From Alphaproteobacteria bacterium (GTDB lineage Bacteria; Pseudomonadota; Alphaproteobacteria; MPNO01; UBA830): a stretch of DNA of 64,000 bases. The DNA is taken from assembly GCA_964291215.2 (NCBI GenBank), contig OZ219791.1:3296001-3360000 (forward strand), written 5' to 3'. Position numbers and translations under genes: made by a program. This document shows positions 33,001 to 43,218 of the stretch, in pieces. Below the pieces are notes generated by a model. It was not told the DNA's origin. It ran no database searches and saw nothing but the letters and a program-made list of their open reading frames with translations. Numbering within the stretch: position 1 is the first letter of the stretch; every line of letters begins with the position of its first letter.

Positions 33001-33615
33001 CTGCCGCTCTTGTGGGGGACCGGAATGGCCGATCTTCTTGCGAAAAGGGGAAATCTGAAGGCGGGCGATGTTCGGGAATTCCACGACCTCTACCGGCGCA
33101 TGCGGACCGACCGATGGATTGCGGCAAGGAAGTCGGGGCGTCGAAAGCTGGCGGGAGACAATGCCGACGTGCGGACGGATGTGTCACGGAAAGAGCGCGA
33201 CGTCAGCCATGACGCGAAGCTTGTCGAGACGTACCTCGCAGAGGTCGGGCGCTGCCGCGAGTTTCGGCGCTTCACCCTCGATGTGGCGGCGCGTCAGGAC
33301 CGGCCGGTTGAAGAGCTCGCCTCGTGGGCGGAGAGCCTGGCCGACTACGACCGGATGATCGCCCGTGGTCGGGAAATGCTCTCGGGGGAGCTCGTCGCGA
33401 GCGGCTTGCCACGGGCCGAGGACACGGACATGGCTGCCGTCAGGACGGCTGTCGAAACGCTCGAAGAGGAGCGGCACCAGGGTCTCTCCGGGCCTGATCG
33501 GCGGTCCGACGACGAGAATGTCTGCGAGCGAAGGTGCCCGTTGCACGCCGGCACGGACGAGGCGCATCTGGCGCAGAGAAATTCGGCGGGGCAGGGCCGG
33601 TCATTTTCCTGGTGA
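30043..33615 (+). CDS. MobF/TrwC-type relaxase with degenerate helicase domain
   Basis: YY near N-terminus, DLVFAADKSVSALWA, H..SR.GDPHLHTH. Confidence 0.9.
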   Translation: MVATYGRSGGPQYYLDSQQTLHGPRHGADGSREAQGAWWNPGGMFSLPDGDPVEPEAFRNLHRGRSPDGLTGLARRFRGQRRGGTDLVFAADKSVSALWALADPAMGRQIEEAHDAAVRVALDEIVAKRASWAVSRRNGGREFGAAKVLGATFRHGCSRQGDPHLHTHGVIFNLAWSFDDGICRSLESRPLHSWMKAAASVYRHALAWGLGERLGIRCERYGRNGAYARVAGMPFGLVRDWSKRMRAMRAAMEDAGMRARGASPSQIEAIARKTRDGRAEPHPALENLVPVWMREQRAHVADPARLIASLPEPDRSDARFREILHNLEHLPEKLVAGRFVFSYPLVVEEVCNATAGYMDWSSAETWTANIVSRPEVVRVDDPERSPAARAGQEGLQIYRLRATPGLEEEVRQAVRELNADGRFHVPRPDVEDRIGALLEAGYPLDDDHIAAIRRCTSSSRVAAIEFAPAMDRSLVLRPVRDLYREHGYQVIGTASTLRAAAELYNESGIAAVQVGRFLRMGRNGAIDKDRPLVLAVADAGILDAREIGILLEFSERHLAKILLVATSGQRPRLAVSPAFDLVTAAAGQQHVGAATHWRTDAGRTWRRTADGAGRGGEVAEGLPRVTILPDVAVAGQLAQTPSARVRLCAGLGEAIARMVDEWDRVRRAGPGDAVAVVVRTRNEEQVLNHVFRARLLAGSADGPRVRMHVHCRTGMEYGTAVPIEVKAGDWLRLGATLWEKRLLNGSVVVVEDIALVPSGSKEPRYLLRVRTEAGRREEFFHDEVRDHRGGIRLGHGYVSTVANAIGRFDRLLVLADDRWHIEQFERAAFCCRGEIDVHVNRELLSAALCPVGATNDPRSAVDDSRILDHLRRCWSARRGSVHPEKSVRPEVSRLYPDGCATAVRWVSANDGGDGSLQRLARNITCAELDLRHGETVAAFAGGRNEVLAEWSRCRERIAVEGDSALLSPSVGNTIRRHEELLDLARSLPLLWGTGMADLLAKRGNLKAGDVREFHDLYRRMRTDRWIAARKSGRRKLAGDNADVRTDVSRKERDVSHDAKLVETYLAEVGRCREFRRFTLDVAARQDRPVEELASWAESLADYDRMIARGREMLSGELVASGLPRAEDTDMAAVRTAVETLEEERHQGLSGPDRRSDDENVCERRCPLHAGTDEAHLAQRNSAGQGRSFSW

Positions 33616-33654
33616 CATTCTGTGCCAGCATCGGCGTTCTTTCGGGGAGGCTCC

Positions 33655-33828
33655 CACGACGATCCCATGCTAATTCGGAGACGCGAAATCCGAATGCGTT
33701 GGGGCTCGGGTCATCACAGATCGCCTCCTTGATCGCAATTTTCGTGCCGAGAAGGTCCCATCGAGCCTTTGCGGTACGATTGCAGCGCGACGCAAACTGA
33801 AAAAATCTTGCCAGTCGTCGCCGAATTA
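33655..33828 (-). mobile_element. ISAs1-type MITE (copy 2, inverted, truncated by ISNCY)
   Basis: 174-bp inverted match to 26533-26706, 11 mismatches, no indels. Confidence 0.8.
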
Positions 33829-36800
33829 GTGCCCGCAAGAAAAAGTACAATTATTTGATTCCAATACCTGAATCGCGGTATGGGCGAAACGAAAAATCCC
33901 GCTTTGGGGCGGGAATCGGCCGGTTTGACCGAGAATCAACCGGATTTTCAGGAAACTTCGCGAGAATAGCCATGCGAGACGTCATCCGCCCTCAGTTGGA
34001 ATTGGGACAGGTTGCGATCGAGAAGATCGATCTCAACGAGAACTCGCGGGACGACATGCGCGGGATTCAGCACGTGTACGCCGACCCGGCTGTTTGAGAT
34101 CCTGGAGGAGGGGATCCTTCCGAGAGTATCCCACAGGAAAGGGCGTCCCGGCGCTGTGGAAGATCCTGGTGTCCTGAAGCAGGGCCTGGGGTATGACTTC
34201 GATCACCTGCACGAGCTGATGAACGAGATGGTTCGCAAGTTCCTGGGTCACATCTGGTACGACACACGCTACGGGCATCAGACGGTGGTGGACAACGTGA
34301 GCCAGCTGACGCCGGAAGTGCTGGGGAAGGTGTCGCAACTGGTCGCGGAGAGCGGCCATGCGATGATACGTAGCAAAGATTGTCCCAAGTCGGACGGTTC
34401 TCTGCGAGGCCGCTGCGATTCGTTCGTGGTGGAGGTGCACTACCCGACGGACATCAATCTTCTGTGGGATGCGTTGTCTGGTGCGCGATACAGGCCGCGC
34501 AGCGTGCGCACGGGAATGATCGAATGGCGTCAGTGGAAGCATCGGACCCGGGTATTACAGAAGCACTTTCAGAAGGTCCGTCGGGCCTCTTCGGAGGATG
34601 GTACCTCGACGCCGGCTGGGAGTTGGGGTGCAAGAGACGGTTCCTGTATTTCTGGAGAAGGGCGTTGAGGCCCTCGCAGTTCTCAAGATCGAGTCGTATC
34701 TCAAGCATGCCCGCCGACAGATCGACCAAGTGGACCGCCGCCTAAGGCGAGAAGATCCCGCAGGAAGAGAAGGTGTTTTCGATCTTCGAGGAGCGCTGGT
34801 GCGTGAAGGGCAGTGCCGGTGGGAGCGCCAGGCTAACTGGTAGGATGTCGCCGGGTGAGAGTTCCGGCAGGAAGAGAGGCTAACCACCACTTCCTCCGTG
34901 AACCATGCGTCGTGAGGCGAAGCGTTGGGGAGCGGCAAGCCGGGCTATTGAGCCACGAGATACTGTGAAACCGGAGTGCCGAGGTCGTCCACCAGGCCGA
35001 AGGCAACACCCTGCGAGCCGCGTTTGGTGAGGCGAGCAGGGCTCCGCGGGGTCTGAGAACCATGGCTGAAGCAGGGACCCGGGAGGTCTTGCCCCACTGT
35101 CGTAGAGGGGTCGCAGAGGAAAGGAACTATTCCGTAACCCGATGATGAACGAGAAGTCAGATTCGGCCATAGTACCGTCGAAGGCGGCGAACAAGGGTTC
35201 CTCGGAGCCTGCGGAGCTGCTGGAGGGAAGGGAAATGCGGTTGGCCCGCGCCGCGCAGAAGCGGGAAAGCGGGTCACAGGCGGCGCATACGACAAGTTGC
35301 GAAGAGGAATCCGGAAGAGCGTCTTGTGACGTTGCTCCATCACGTGATGTCCTGCACGCGGCGTTTCACTCCTTGAGAAAGGACGCGGCAGCGGGCGTGG
35401 ACGGAGTTACGTGGCACGCGTATGCGGAAGGTGTGGAACTGGTCGACCTGCCGTGTGCCCAGGGGTGCGTATCGGGCGCCTCCGTCGGGCATACATACCC
35501 AAGGAGGGCAACGACCGCTTGCCTCGGACAAGATTCTTAAGCGGGCAGTGACGGACACGATTCTGGTACCGCGAGACGGAGTTCCTCGGGTTCAGTTATG
35601 GTTTCCGGCCGGGACGCACAACGCGCTCGATGCAGTCACGGTGGAACGGCGGAAGGTCAACTGGATCGTTGACGCCCCTTCGACAATCTCGACCACCTGG
35701 TCGCGATGCTCGAGAGACGGATCGGGGGGTCTGATCATCAAGTGACGCTGGCGTCATGGAGCGACACCGGTGTTGGTTCGCCGCAGGGCGCAGCCCCTGC
35801 CTGGCGAACGTTTACCTGCACTACGTGACTGGTTTCAGAACCATTGGCGCAAACGGATGACTGACACGATCATCGTGCGCTATGCGGATGATTTTGTGTG
35901 CGGCTTTCAGGATCAGGGCGATGCGAAGCGCTGGGACCTCGGGGAGAGGTTGGCTCACTTGAACTGCACCCGGACAATCATCGAGTTCGGTCGGTTTGCG
36001 AGAGCGAACCGCCGGAAGCGGGGGCAAGACGTTCGACTTCCTCGGTATGAGGCACTATTGCGAGCAGACGTGGAAGGGCAAGTTCAGGGTCGGCCGCAAA
36101 CCATCCCGGAAACGGGCACCTTGCGGCGGATCAAGGAGGCGCTGCGCAAGCGGTGGCACGACAACCGGCACAAGACGGCCAAGTGGCGAGTGATCAAAGG
36201 CTGCTACTACGCCGTTCCGGGAAGCAGCCTGCAGGGGTTCATATACCAATGCAAACGGCTGCGTGCCCTTCGGCGGCGTTCCCAAAAGGATCGCACCGAA
36301 TGGAGGGACATGGACACCCTCATCGAAGCTCACTGGCCTAAGGCCAGCATCCGCCACCCGTGGCCAAACCAGCGCCTTGTCGTCAGGACCTGAGGGAGGA
36401 GCGAACAGCGCAAGTCCGGATCTGTGCGGGGGAACCGGGGAAACCCGGTTCCCTACCGCGATAACTCGGCGTGCCGGTGGCCGTTCTGGAGGATCAGCAC
36501 GGCTTTCTTCTGCACCACCGGATCCTGTGGGAAGGCAGTGACGCGGACCATGCGGTGCCCATGATCCGTGAAGTACAGGCCCGCTTCCCCGATCTGCGCC
36601 TGTGCAGTTTCGATCGGGGGTTCCACAGTCCTCGGGTCGCACTGGACGAACTACTGGATGTGCTTCCGAAGAAAAGGATGCTCTCGGACCGGGAACGGGA
36701 AGCTGAGACGACATTCCGGGAGATGCGCCGGCAGCATCCGGCTGTGGAGTCCGCGATCAACAATCTCGAGCAACGCGGCATGGACCGGGTCCTGTCCTAT

Positions 36801-36848
36801 GGAGTGGACGGCTTTGCGCGGATGGTGGCGCTGGTGGCCTTCAATGTC
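33829..36848 (+). mobile_element. ISNCY/IS5-like element, degraded, split by group II intron
   Basis: MRDVIRPQLELG, RCDSFVVE.HYPTD, EKVFSIFE, SFDRGFHS, HPAVESAINNLE. Confidence 0.8.
34823..36462 (+). mobile_element. Group II intron with frameshifted reverse transcriptase
   Basis: Removal restores VPVELGVPV in host transposase; AAGVDG, RYADDF; DV/DVI ending CCGCGAT. Confidence 0.92.
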
Positions 36849-36849
36849 C

Positions 36850-37455
36850 CCACCGCCTGCTGGCCATGCTGGAAGCGCTCGCCGCACTGGAGCCCTCCCA
36901 CACCAGGCGCTCCGGGGAACAGGTCCGGCTCCAGCAGTTCTCGACCCCGCTGCCGCTCGCTTATGCGGCATTGCAGGCCGCCGCAGTCCGACCGGACGAT
37001 ACCGTGCTGGAGCCGTCCGCCGGCATGCTGGCGGTGATGGCGCAGTGCGCGCTGGACGACCGGGCGGCAGGCGCGCTCCATCTCAACGAATACGCGCCCA
37101 CGCGGGCGCTGACGCGGCTCTTCCCCGGGGTCGCCGTCACCGCGTTCGACGCCGAGGCGATCGCCGACCGGCTGCGCGGCGTCCGCCCCACCGTGGTGTT
37201 GATGAACCCGCCGTTTTCGGCGTCGACCGCATCGCCCGCGGCGCCGACCTGCACCATGTCCGCTCGGCCGCCTCGATGTTGCCGCCCGGCGGCCGGCTGG
37301 TCGCGATCACCTCGGCCCATTGCGCGCCCGGCAACACCGCATGGCGTGATGTCTTCGGCTCGCTAGACGACGCCCGCTGCCTCTTCACCATGGCGACCGA
37401 CGACCGCGCCTATGCCAGGCGCGGCACCGGCTTCGACACCCGCTTGACCGTGGGG
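36850..37455 (+). pseudogene. Strawberry-notch-like methylase/helicase N-terminal fragment
   Basis: QQFSTPLPL, VLEPSAG, MNPPFS. Confidence 0.75.
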
Positions 37456-37499
37456 AGGCTCCGGTCGCGTCGAACCCGTCGGCGGGATGGCGCGGTCCA

Positions 37500-37800
37500 G
37501 TGCCCTGGCAGGATGTCGGGGCGAGCGGATCCACCACCAAATCGCGCTTGCTCCATCTCTGAAACTCGCACAGCCTCCGCGCCTGCCCGATCACCTCGCG
37601 CCCCCCCTGGATCGCGCTTGCCGGCAACCCCGACCATATCTTTACCGTCGCCACCGACCCCACGCAGACCCGGCAGCAGCAGGCCTTCGAGCTCCTCGGC
37701 GTCGACCCGGACGGAATGTTCCCGGTCATCGGCCAGATCGATCAGCCGTTACTGCCTGTTTCCACACAGAACCCGGGCCAAACCTCGATGAAGTTCCGCC
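37500..37800 (+). pseudogene. IS1634-like transposase 3' remnant
   Basis: QQQAFELLGV C-terminal motif; boundaries approximate. Confidence 0.45.
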
Positions 37801-37853
37801 CGGGCGGAAGACCGACCTGCTCTGGATGGGGACGATCCGCTACCCTTGCATTC

Positions 37854-39925
37854 CAGGACTTTCTCACGCTGCATTCGATCTTGTCGACTGCTGATGGAGG
37901 GAGGTTGTACAACCTGCCGGGTTTTCTGGCTTCAGGGCCGTCCGCGGTCGTCGCCGGCGGCGTTGCCGGTGCGCGGGCGGGTTGTTTTCGGGATGTGGGC
38001 GGGTTGTGGGCGGTGTCCGGGAATCGGCCGGACGCCATTGGCGCTCAGGGCTGAATCAGAGCTGCGACGGCTTCTCGGCGGTCGAGCTGCAGCCGCCGCC
38101 GTGTTTCGGCGAGGCTCTCGCGTCGGTTGGCGAAGATCACCGCGAGCGCGATGTTGTTGAGGCTGGCGCGGTTTGCGGGGCCGTTGCCGGTGCGTGTCAG
38201 GCAGGCATCTTCGCCGAAGACGCAGTCTCTCTGGCGGTGGTTCATGTTTTCCACAGCCCAGTGCCCGCGATTGAGCCGCAGCAGTTCCTCTGGCGACGCG
38301 TGTTGCGCATCGAGCGAGGTGATGATGTATTCGGTACAGTCGTTGCCGCTCGCTGCGCCGCTGGCGCTCTTTCCCAGCGGCTCACGGTAGCGCTTGATGC
38401 GGGCGATCTGGCTGATGCCGGGGTAGTTGATCAAGCCCTTGAGCGGCGTCAGGACACGTATCGAGCGCTGCTCGAGGCGTCCGTGGGCCTTGTCTAACTT
38501 TTCCTTGAAGCGGCCGCTGGCATCTGTCTCCCAGTCGATGCCGTCGAGGATATCGAAGGTTTCGGGCGCATTGCCCTTGACCGAGAAAACATAGTCTGCG
38601 CCGCAGCGCCGGGTGATCAGCGCCGCCGTCTTGCGCGTCGTGGCGTCGAGGGTGATCACCTTGCCGCGGACATCGGTGCGCTCGAGGAGGTGGCCGCCAA
38701 CTCACCTCCCTCGTCGTCGAAATTCAACAGCGCGAAGGGTGCGCCGGAGGCGTGAGAGCCACGGTCTCGTGGTGGCCGTCGCCGTTGCGGTTGGCGCCGC
38801 GGATGCGCTTGCCGTCGGCGGCAAGCGCTCGGGCGAGCCTGCGCCCGCCATAGCGGCCGAGTACATCCTCGAGCGCCTCGGGGTCGATCGACTGCCCGGT
38901 GGAGGGTCGCCTTGGAGGGCGGCTCGCGCAGCTCCGTCCTCGGGTTCCGCCATGCGCCGATGGCCTCGAGCTCGTCCTGAGACAGCGACCGCGCAAACTG
39001 CGCAGCTGCGAGGCAGCCTTTCATGTTCGCAAGCTCGGCGAGAACGTGTACCGTGAGCACGCAGGCCACCGTGTGCTTCCTGCCCTGCGCGCGGCGGAAG
39101 TCCTCGATCGCCGCCAACTCTTCGTGCAGCGAACGCATCACCTCGGAACCCCGGGGAGCGAGGAGGCAGGCGGCGCTACCGCAGCGCCTGCGGACGTGAC
39201 AGCAGCCGCCGGGCGTCGCGCCGCAGCGGCACAACGAAAATCTCCTTGGGCTTACCATGGGGGTCGGTGTAGCGCCCGTTGGCGCGGGCAAACCCCTTGG
39301 TCCGGCGCACGCCAGCCTGCCGCCTTGTGCCCGCAAAACGCGCCGGATCGCAGAATGTCTCCGCCACAACCACCTGGTGGCCGTAGGCCTCCAGCCAATC
39401 GTCGGCCAGCCGCCGCGTCATATGCGCAAGAAAGAAGGAGGCAAGGTTCGGAAACGTTCCCGGCGCCGCAAGTACCAGCAGTCGCGTGTTGTTCGCGATC
39501 AGATCAAGCCGCCGGAACTGCTGCTCTGACTTCCAGCCAATCCACCGGTCGCGGCACTTGAAGGCCCCGTTCTGCCACGCCGCCAGACCCAGCCACTGCC
39601 CCCTGAAGGACGCAATGTAGCGCAGACCGCGTCCTGCCAGACGGCGAAACCCGAGATAATGATGCTCGTCCATCAACGCATCCCACAGCAGACGCTCCTC
39701 AGGCTTCGCGAACCTCAACCTCGGACAGGCGAAACCCTTCCGGAGCTGCGACGTGAATCGGACAGGATGCGATGTGCTTGTGAACCGACATCCCCGCACC
39801 ATGACAACTTCAGTGCAAGAAAGCCAGCGAAAACTGTAAAAAAATCTCCCGCACCAACCCGCGACCCCGCAAAGCCCAGGTACTGCCTTGAAAAATCAGA
39901 CAGAATTTAGCGTAAGACCACCCTG
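37854..39925 (-). mobile_element. DUF4338-ISAs1 element (copy C, least eroded)
   Basis: IRs CAGGGTGGTCTTACG / CAGGACTTTCTCACG; TSD CTTGCATTC; HYLGF..RDRWIGW..NNTR, VITLDA, GHWAVEN. Confidence 0.93.
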
Positions 39926-40070
39926 CTTGCATTCCGACATCGATTGAGCGCGGCCACGAAACCGTCTATGTTGTCCATGTCGCTCCAGCGTGAACCCGGC
40001 ATCCGCGCCGCAGGATGTGGAAGGCTTCGCAAGGACTGGGGATGGGGAGGACAGCAGTTGTCTTTTTGTG

Positions 40071-40101
40071 TTATACAACATTAATTCATACTGTTGTATA
40101 A
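40071..40101. promoter_or_regulatory. Palindromic operator upstream of NTase gene
   Basis: TTATACAACA-N11-TGTTGTATAA perfect inverted repeat. Confidence 0.6.
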
Positions 40102-40103
40102 TC

Positions 40104-41135
40104 ATGACCAACGATCTCCGGTTCCACAGCCACACCGGCAACGCCGCTTATCACGACCTTCGGCGGCTCCTCATGGACGCCGCAGTGTCCGAAATCCGCG
40201 GTACGCCAACCCGGATTGCCGTCAAGGGCCGCCATTTCTGGTATGACAAATACCGGATCGGCGATGAGGTGCGACAACGCTACATCGGACCCGAAACCAA
40301 CGAACTACTCGCCAGACTGGGCCGCCTAGGCCGGTCGAACGCCGACCGCAGGGCATTGCAGCAGGAGCAGGCCCGCCTCGTCCGGCTCCTGAGAGCCAGC
40401 AACTACCGATCGATGGATCGCGGCACCGGCAGCCTCTTGGCTGCATTCGCCAGATGCGGTGTCTTCCGCCTGGGCGGCACGCTGGTCGGGACGGTCGCCT
40501 TCCAGCACTACGAGGGCGAACTCGGCGTGGTCATGGACTTCGACCAGACCGCCCGCACCGACGATATTGATATCGCTAGCTTCGAACGACTGTCCTTCGC
40601 GCTTGGCGACAGTGTTGAAACACCGCTGGATGACGTCTTCCGGGACCTGAAGTTCCAGCCCGTTCCCTCTCTGGACCGGCAGCACGTCTGGCGCTGGCGC
40701 CAGACAAGCGGACCGGTCCTGGTCGAGTTCCTGATGCCGGCGCACGGGAAAGAAGGTGTGCGCAAACTGCCGGCCCTGGGCGTCAGCGCTCGGGCCCTGC
40801 ACCATCTCGACTATCTCTTCGAGGACCCCGTTCCGGCTGTGTCGCTCTACCGATCCGGCGTGCTCGTCCAGATCCCGCGGCCTGAACGCTACGCCATGCA
40901 CAAGCTGATCGTGGCTGAACGGCGTCACGACGGGCCGGACTCGTTGAAAGCTGCAAAGGACCGTGCCCAGGCGGATTTTCTCATCGCTGCCTTGGCAGAG
41001 CTGCGCCCGGATGAATTACGTCTGGCCCATGACGAAGCCATGGAGCGCGGGCCCGGCTGGCGCAACCGGATCAAAGCCAGCTTGGACAGGCTGCCGGACG
41101 CAAAGGAACACCTGCTTGAGACAGCCGGCGGCTGA
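40104..41135 (+). CDS. GSU2403-family nucleotidyltransferase-fold protein
   Basis: QRYIGP, GGTLVGT.AF, TDDIDI, PERYAMHKL, KDRAQA. Confidence 0.88.
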   Translation: MTNDLRFHSHTGNAAYHDLRRLLMDAAVSEIRGTPTRIAVKGRHFWYDKYRIGDEVRQRYIGPETNELLARLGRLGRSNADRRALQQEQARLVRLLRASNYRSMDRGTGSLLAAFARCGVFRLGGTLVGTVAFQHYEGELGVVMDFDQTARTDDIDIASFERLSFALGDSVETPLDDVFRDLKFQPVPSLDRQHVWRWRQTSGPVLVEFLMPAHGKEGVRKLPALGVSARALHHLDYLFEDPVPAVSLYRSGVLVQIPRPERYAMHKLIVAERRHDGPDSLKAAKDRAQADFLIAALAELRPDELRLAHDEAMERGPGWRNRIKASLDRLPDAKEHLLETAGG

Positions 41136-41399
41136 GCTCAACCATACCCGGCCTCCGCTGAGAGGGACTGATGTACAGCACATCTCCGAAGTGACGCCGG
41201 CACGGCTGCGGGACTTCGCGCCCTTCCGTCGGCCTTGGGGCAGTGCATCCGCAGGCTCGCGCCGTCCTGCGACGTGTCGGAAAGACCTGCGGGGCCACGA
41301 GTTCCGACCGGTGGAGCATCGCATCACTGGGGGCTGTCAGTGATTAGTCCCGATCGATCTGTCCATGGTAAATCTCGCTGCGCGTTCAGTTGCATGGCC

Positions 41400-41605
41400 G
41401 TATCTACTCACCCCTAGTTGGGTTCTGATTGGTCGTAGTGCTCGTTGATGATGTCTGCGGCTTTTCCGTCGAGGGCGATCTGGGTGGCGACGAGTGGGTT
41501 GTAGCTGAGTGCGGCCATGGAGGTGAGGTAGCTTGAGCCCCGGCACCATGCTTTTGCGTGGAGCATGGTGCGGAAGCATCCGGATACCTTGACCTTTGCC
41601 ATCCT
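41400..41605 (-). mobile_element. IS66 3' end fragment
   Basis: IRR GTATCTACTCACCCC; matches 24176-24355. Confidence 0.85.
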
Positions 41606-43120
41606 GTAACTGCTCACCCCTGGTTCCGGCTTGATGTCGGGGTAGAGCAACGAACGGGTTTTCGTGGAGATTTGACACTGCAGGCCGTTTCGTTTAGTGG
41701 TGGTCATTGAGAACGACGGGGACCGCCAGTGAGCTACTTTGGATCGAAGGCGACGAGCGGGCTGTGCTATCGGAGGCGGCGCGCTGATGAAGCGCAAGGC
41801 CGGGCGGCGGAGTACCGGAAGATGCCGCCGGGCGAGCGCCAGGCGATGCTCGCGACGATCATGACCGTCGAGGCCGGGTGATGGCGACGGTCAACGCGGC
41901 GTCGCTGCGCGAAGAGTTCGAAGCGGCCAAGACCCGGATCACGGCGCTGCGTGCGGCCGGCAAGGTGCCGAAAGAGGCCGTGATCCGCGTCCTCGTCATC
42001 CTGCTCGACATCATCATCGTCGTCCTTCTGGAGAAGACCACGCACGAGCCGGAGCTCCGGTCTGCCGCCGTCACAGACGGACAAGGACGAGAGCGTGCCG
42101 GGAGCAACGGCAAGGGCCCGAAGCCGAACCGGCAGATGGGCGACAACCTGCGCAAGATCATCGTTGAGGAGACGGTCGCGGCCTGCGACGCCTGCGGCGC
42201 CGACGGCGTCGACCCCGTCGATCGGGAGCGCCGCACGACATCGTGTTCGAGGTCGTCGAGCGCCGCGCCGAGATCAAGGAATGCCCGAAGTGCAAGGCCC
42301 GGGGCCGGTTCCCCGACAACATCCCGTGCAGTACGGCATCGGCATCAAGGCCCTCGTCATCAACCTGCTGGTCGCCCAGATGCTGTCCCTGCGCCGTGCC
42401 GTCGCGTTCGTGCAGGCGATCTCCGGCATCAAGCTCTCCGAGGCAACCTGCCTCGGCTATGCTTTCACGATGCGTCATGGGAGGAGGCCGCCGTGGCGCA
42501 CAGTTCGTGGCGGCGATGGAGGATGTACTTGACATTTATCAGCGGGACTTTGCCGGGGACGAGGTGCTGGTGTGCATGGATGAAACCAGCCGGCAGCAGA
42601 CGAAGGAAACCCCCCGTCCTCCGGTCAGCCGGAGGTGGTCAACTATGAATATGAGCGCAACGGCACGGCCAACCTCTTCATGGCCTTTGCGCCCAACGAG
42701 AACTGGCGCACGGTGAAAGTCACCGACCGCCGCGGGACTGGGCGCACTTCATCCGGGAGCTTGCCGACGACCATTTCCCCGACAGGAAGATCGTGCCGGA
42801 CAATCTGAACACGCACAGTCACTGTATGAAGCCTTCGAGCCCGAGGAGGCGGGTACGAAAGCGGTTCGAGTTTCGCTATACGCCGAAGCATGGAAGCTGG
42901 CTCAACATGGCCGAGATCGGTGCGCTGTCGCGGCAATGCCTTCGGCGACGCATTCCCGACCGCGACACCATGCTGCGGGAGACCGTGGCGTGGGTCGAGC
43001 GCCGCAATGCGGCCGATGTCACTGTCGACTGGCGTTTCACGACGAAGGATGCCCGGACGAAACTGAAGTCACTATATCCATCAATCTAATAATGTTAAAC
43101 TACTAGAGGTGAGTAGATAC
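41606..43120 (+). mobile_element. IS66 (copy 3) whose 3' half is replaced by an IS630 remnant
   Basis: IRL at 41606, IRR GGTGAGTAGATAC ending 43120. Confidence 0.85.
42505..43103 (+). pseudogene. IS630-family transposase 3' remnant (second subfamily)
   Basis: VCMDET, YERNGTANLF, DNLNTH, YTPKHGSWLNMAEI, KLKSLYP. Confidence 0.85.
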
Positions 43121-43218
43121 CCGCCGGGTTGCCGATCCGATCAGGTAGAAGCGGAAAGGCGAAACCGATTGAGCGTGGAAGGCTGGTGTAGCTGGCGGCC
43201 CCGCGCGTGACCGTGCCG

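Noticed and set aside
29884-33084. Long minus-strand ORF (1066 aa) and similar antisense ORFs (4348-6351, 27764-29449, 50679-52289)
   Set aside because: Shadow frames of real GC-rich genes on the opposite strand; no recognisable motifs.
26533-33828. 174-bp inverted repeats as termini of a single novel transposon
   Set aside because: Each arm is a MITE with its own ISAs1-like ends, the left arm has its own TSD, and there is no TSD around the whole unit; kept only as a possible composite.
35770-36393. Reverse transcriptase as DGR, retron or defence RT
   Set aside because: It is flanked by group II intron domains I, V and VI and splits a host ORF precisely; no TR/VR pair.
39176-39802. Druantia defence system
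   Set aside because: Only DUF4338 inside IS boundaries; no DruE helicase or other dru genes.
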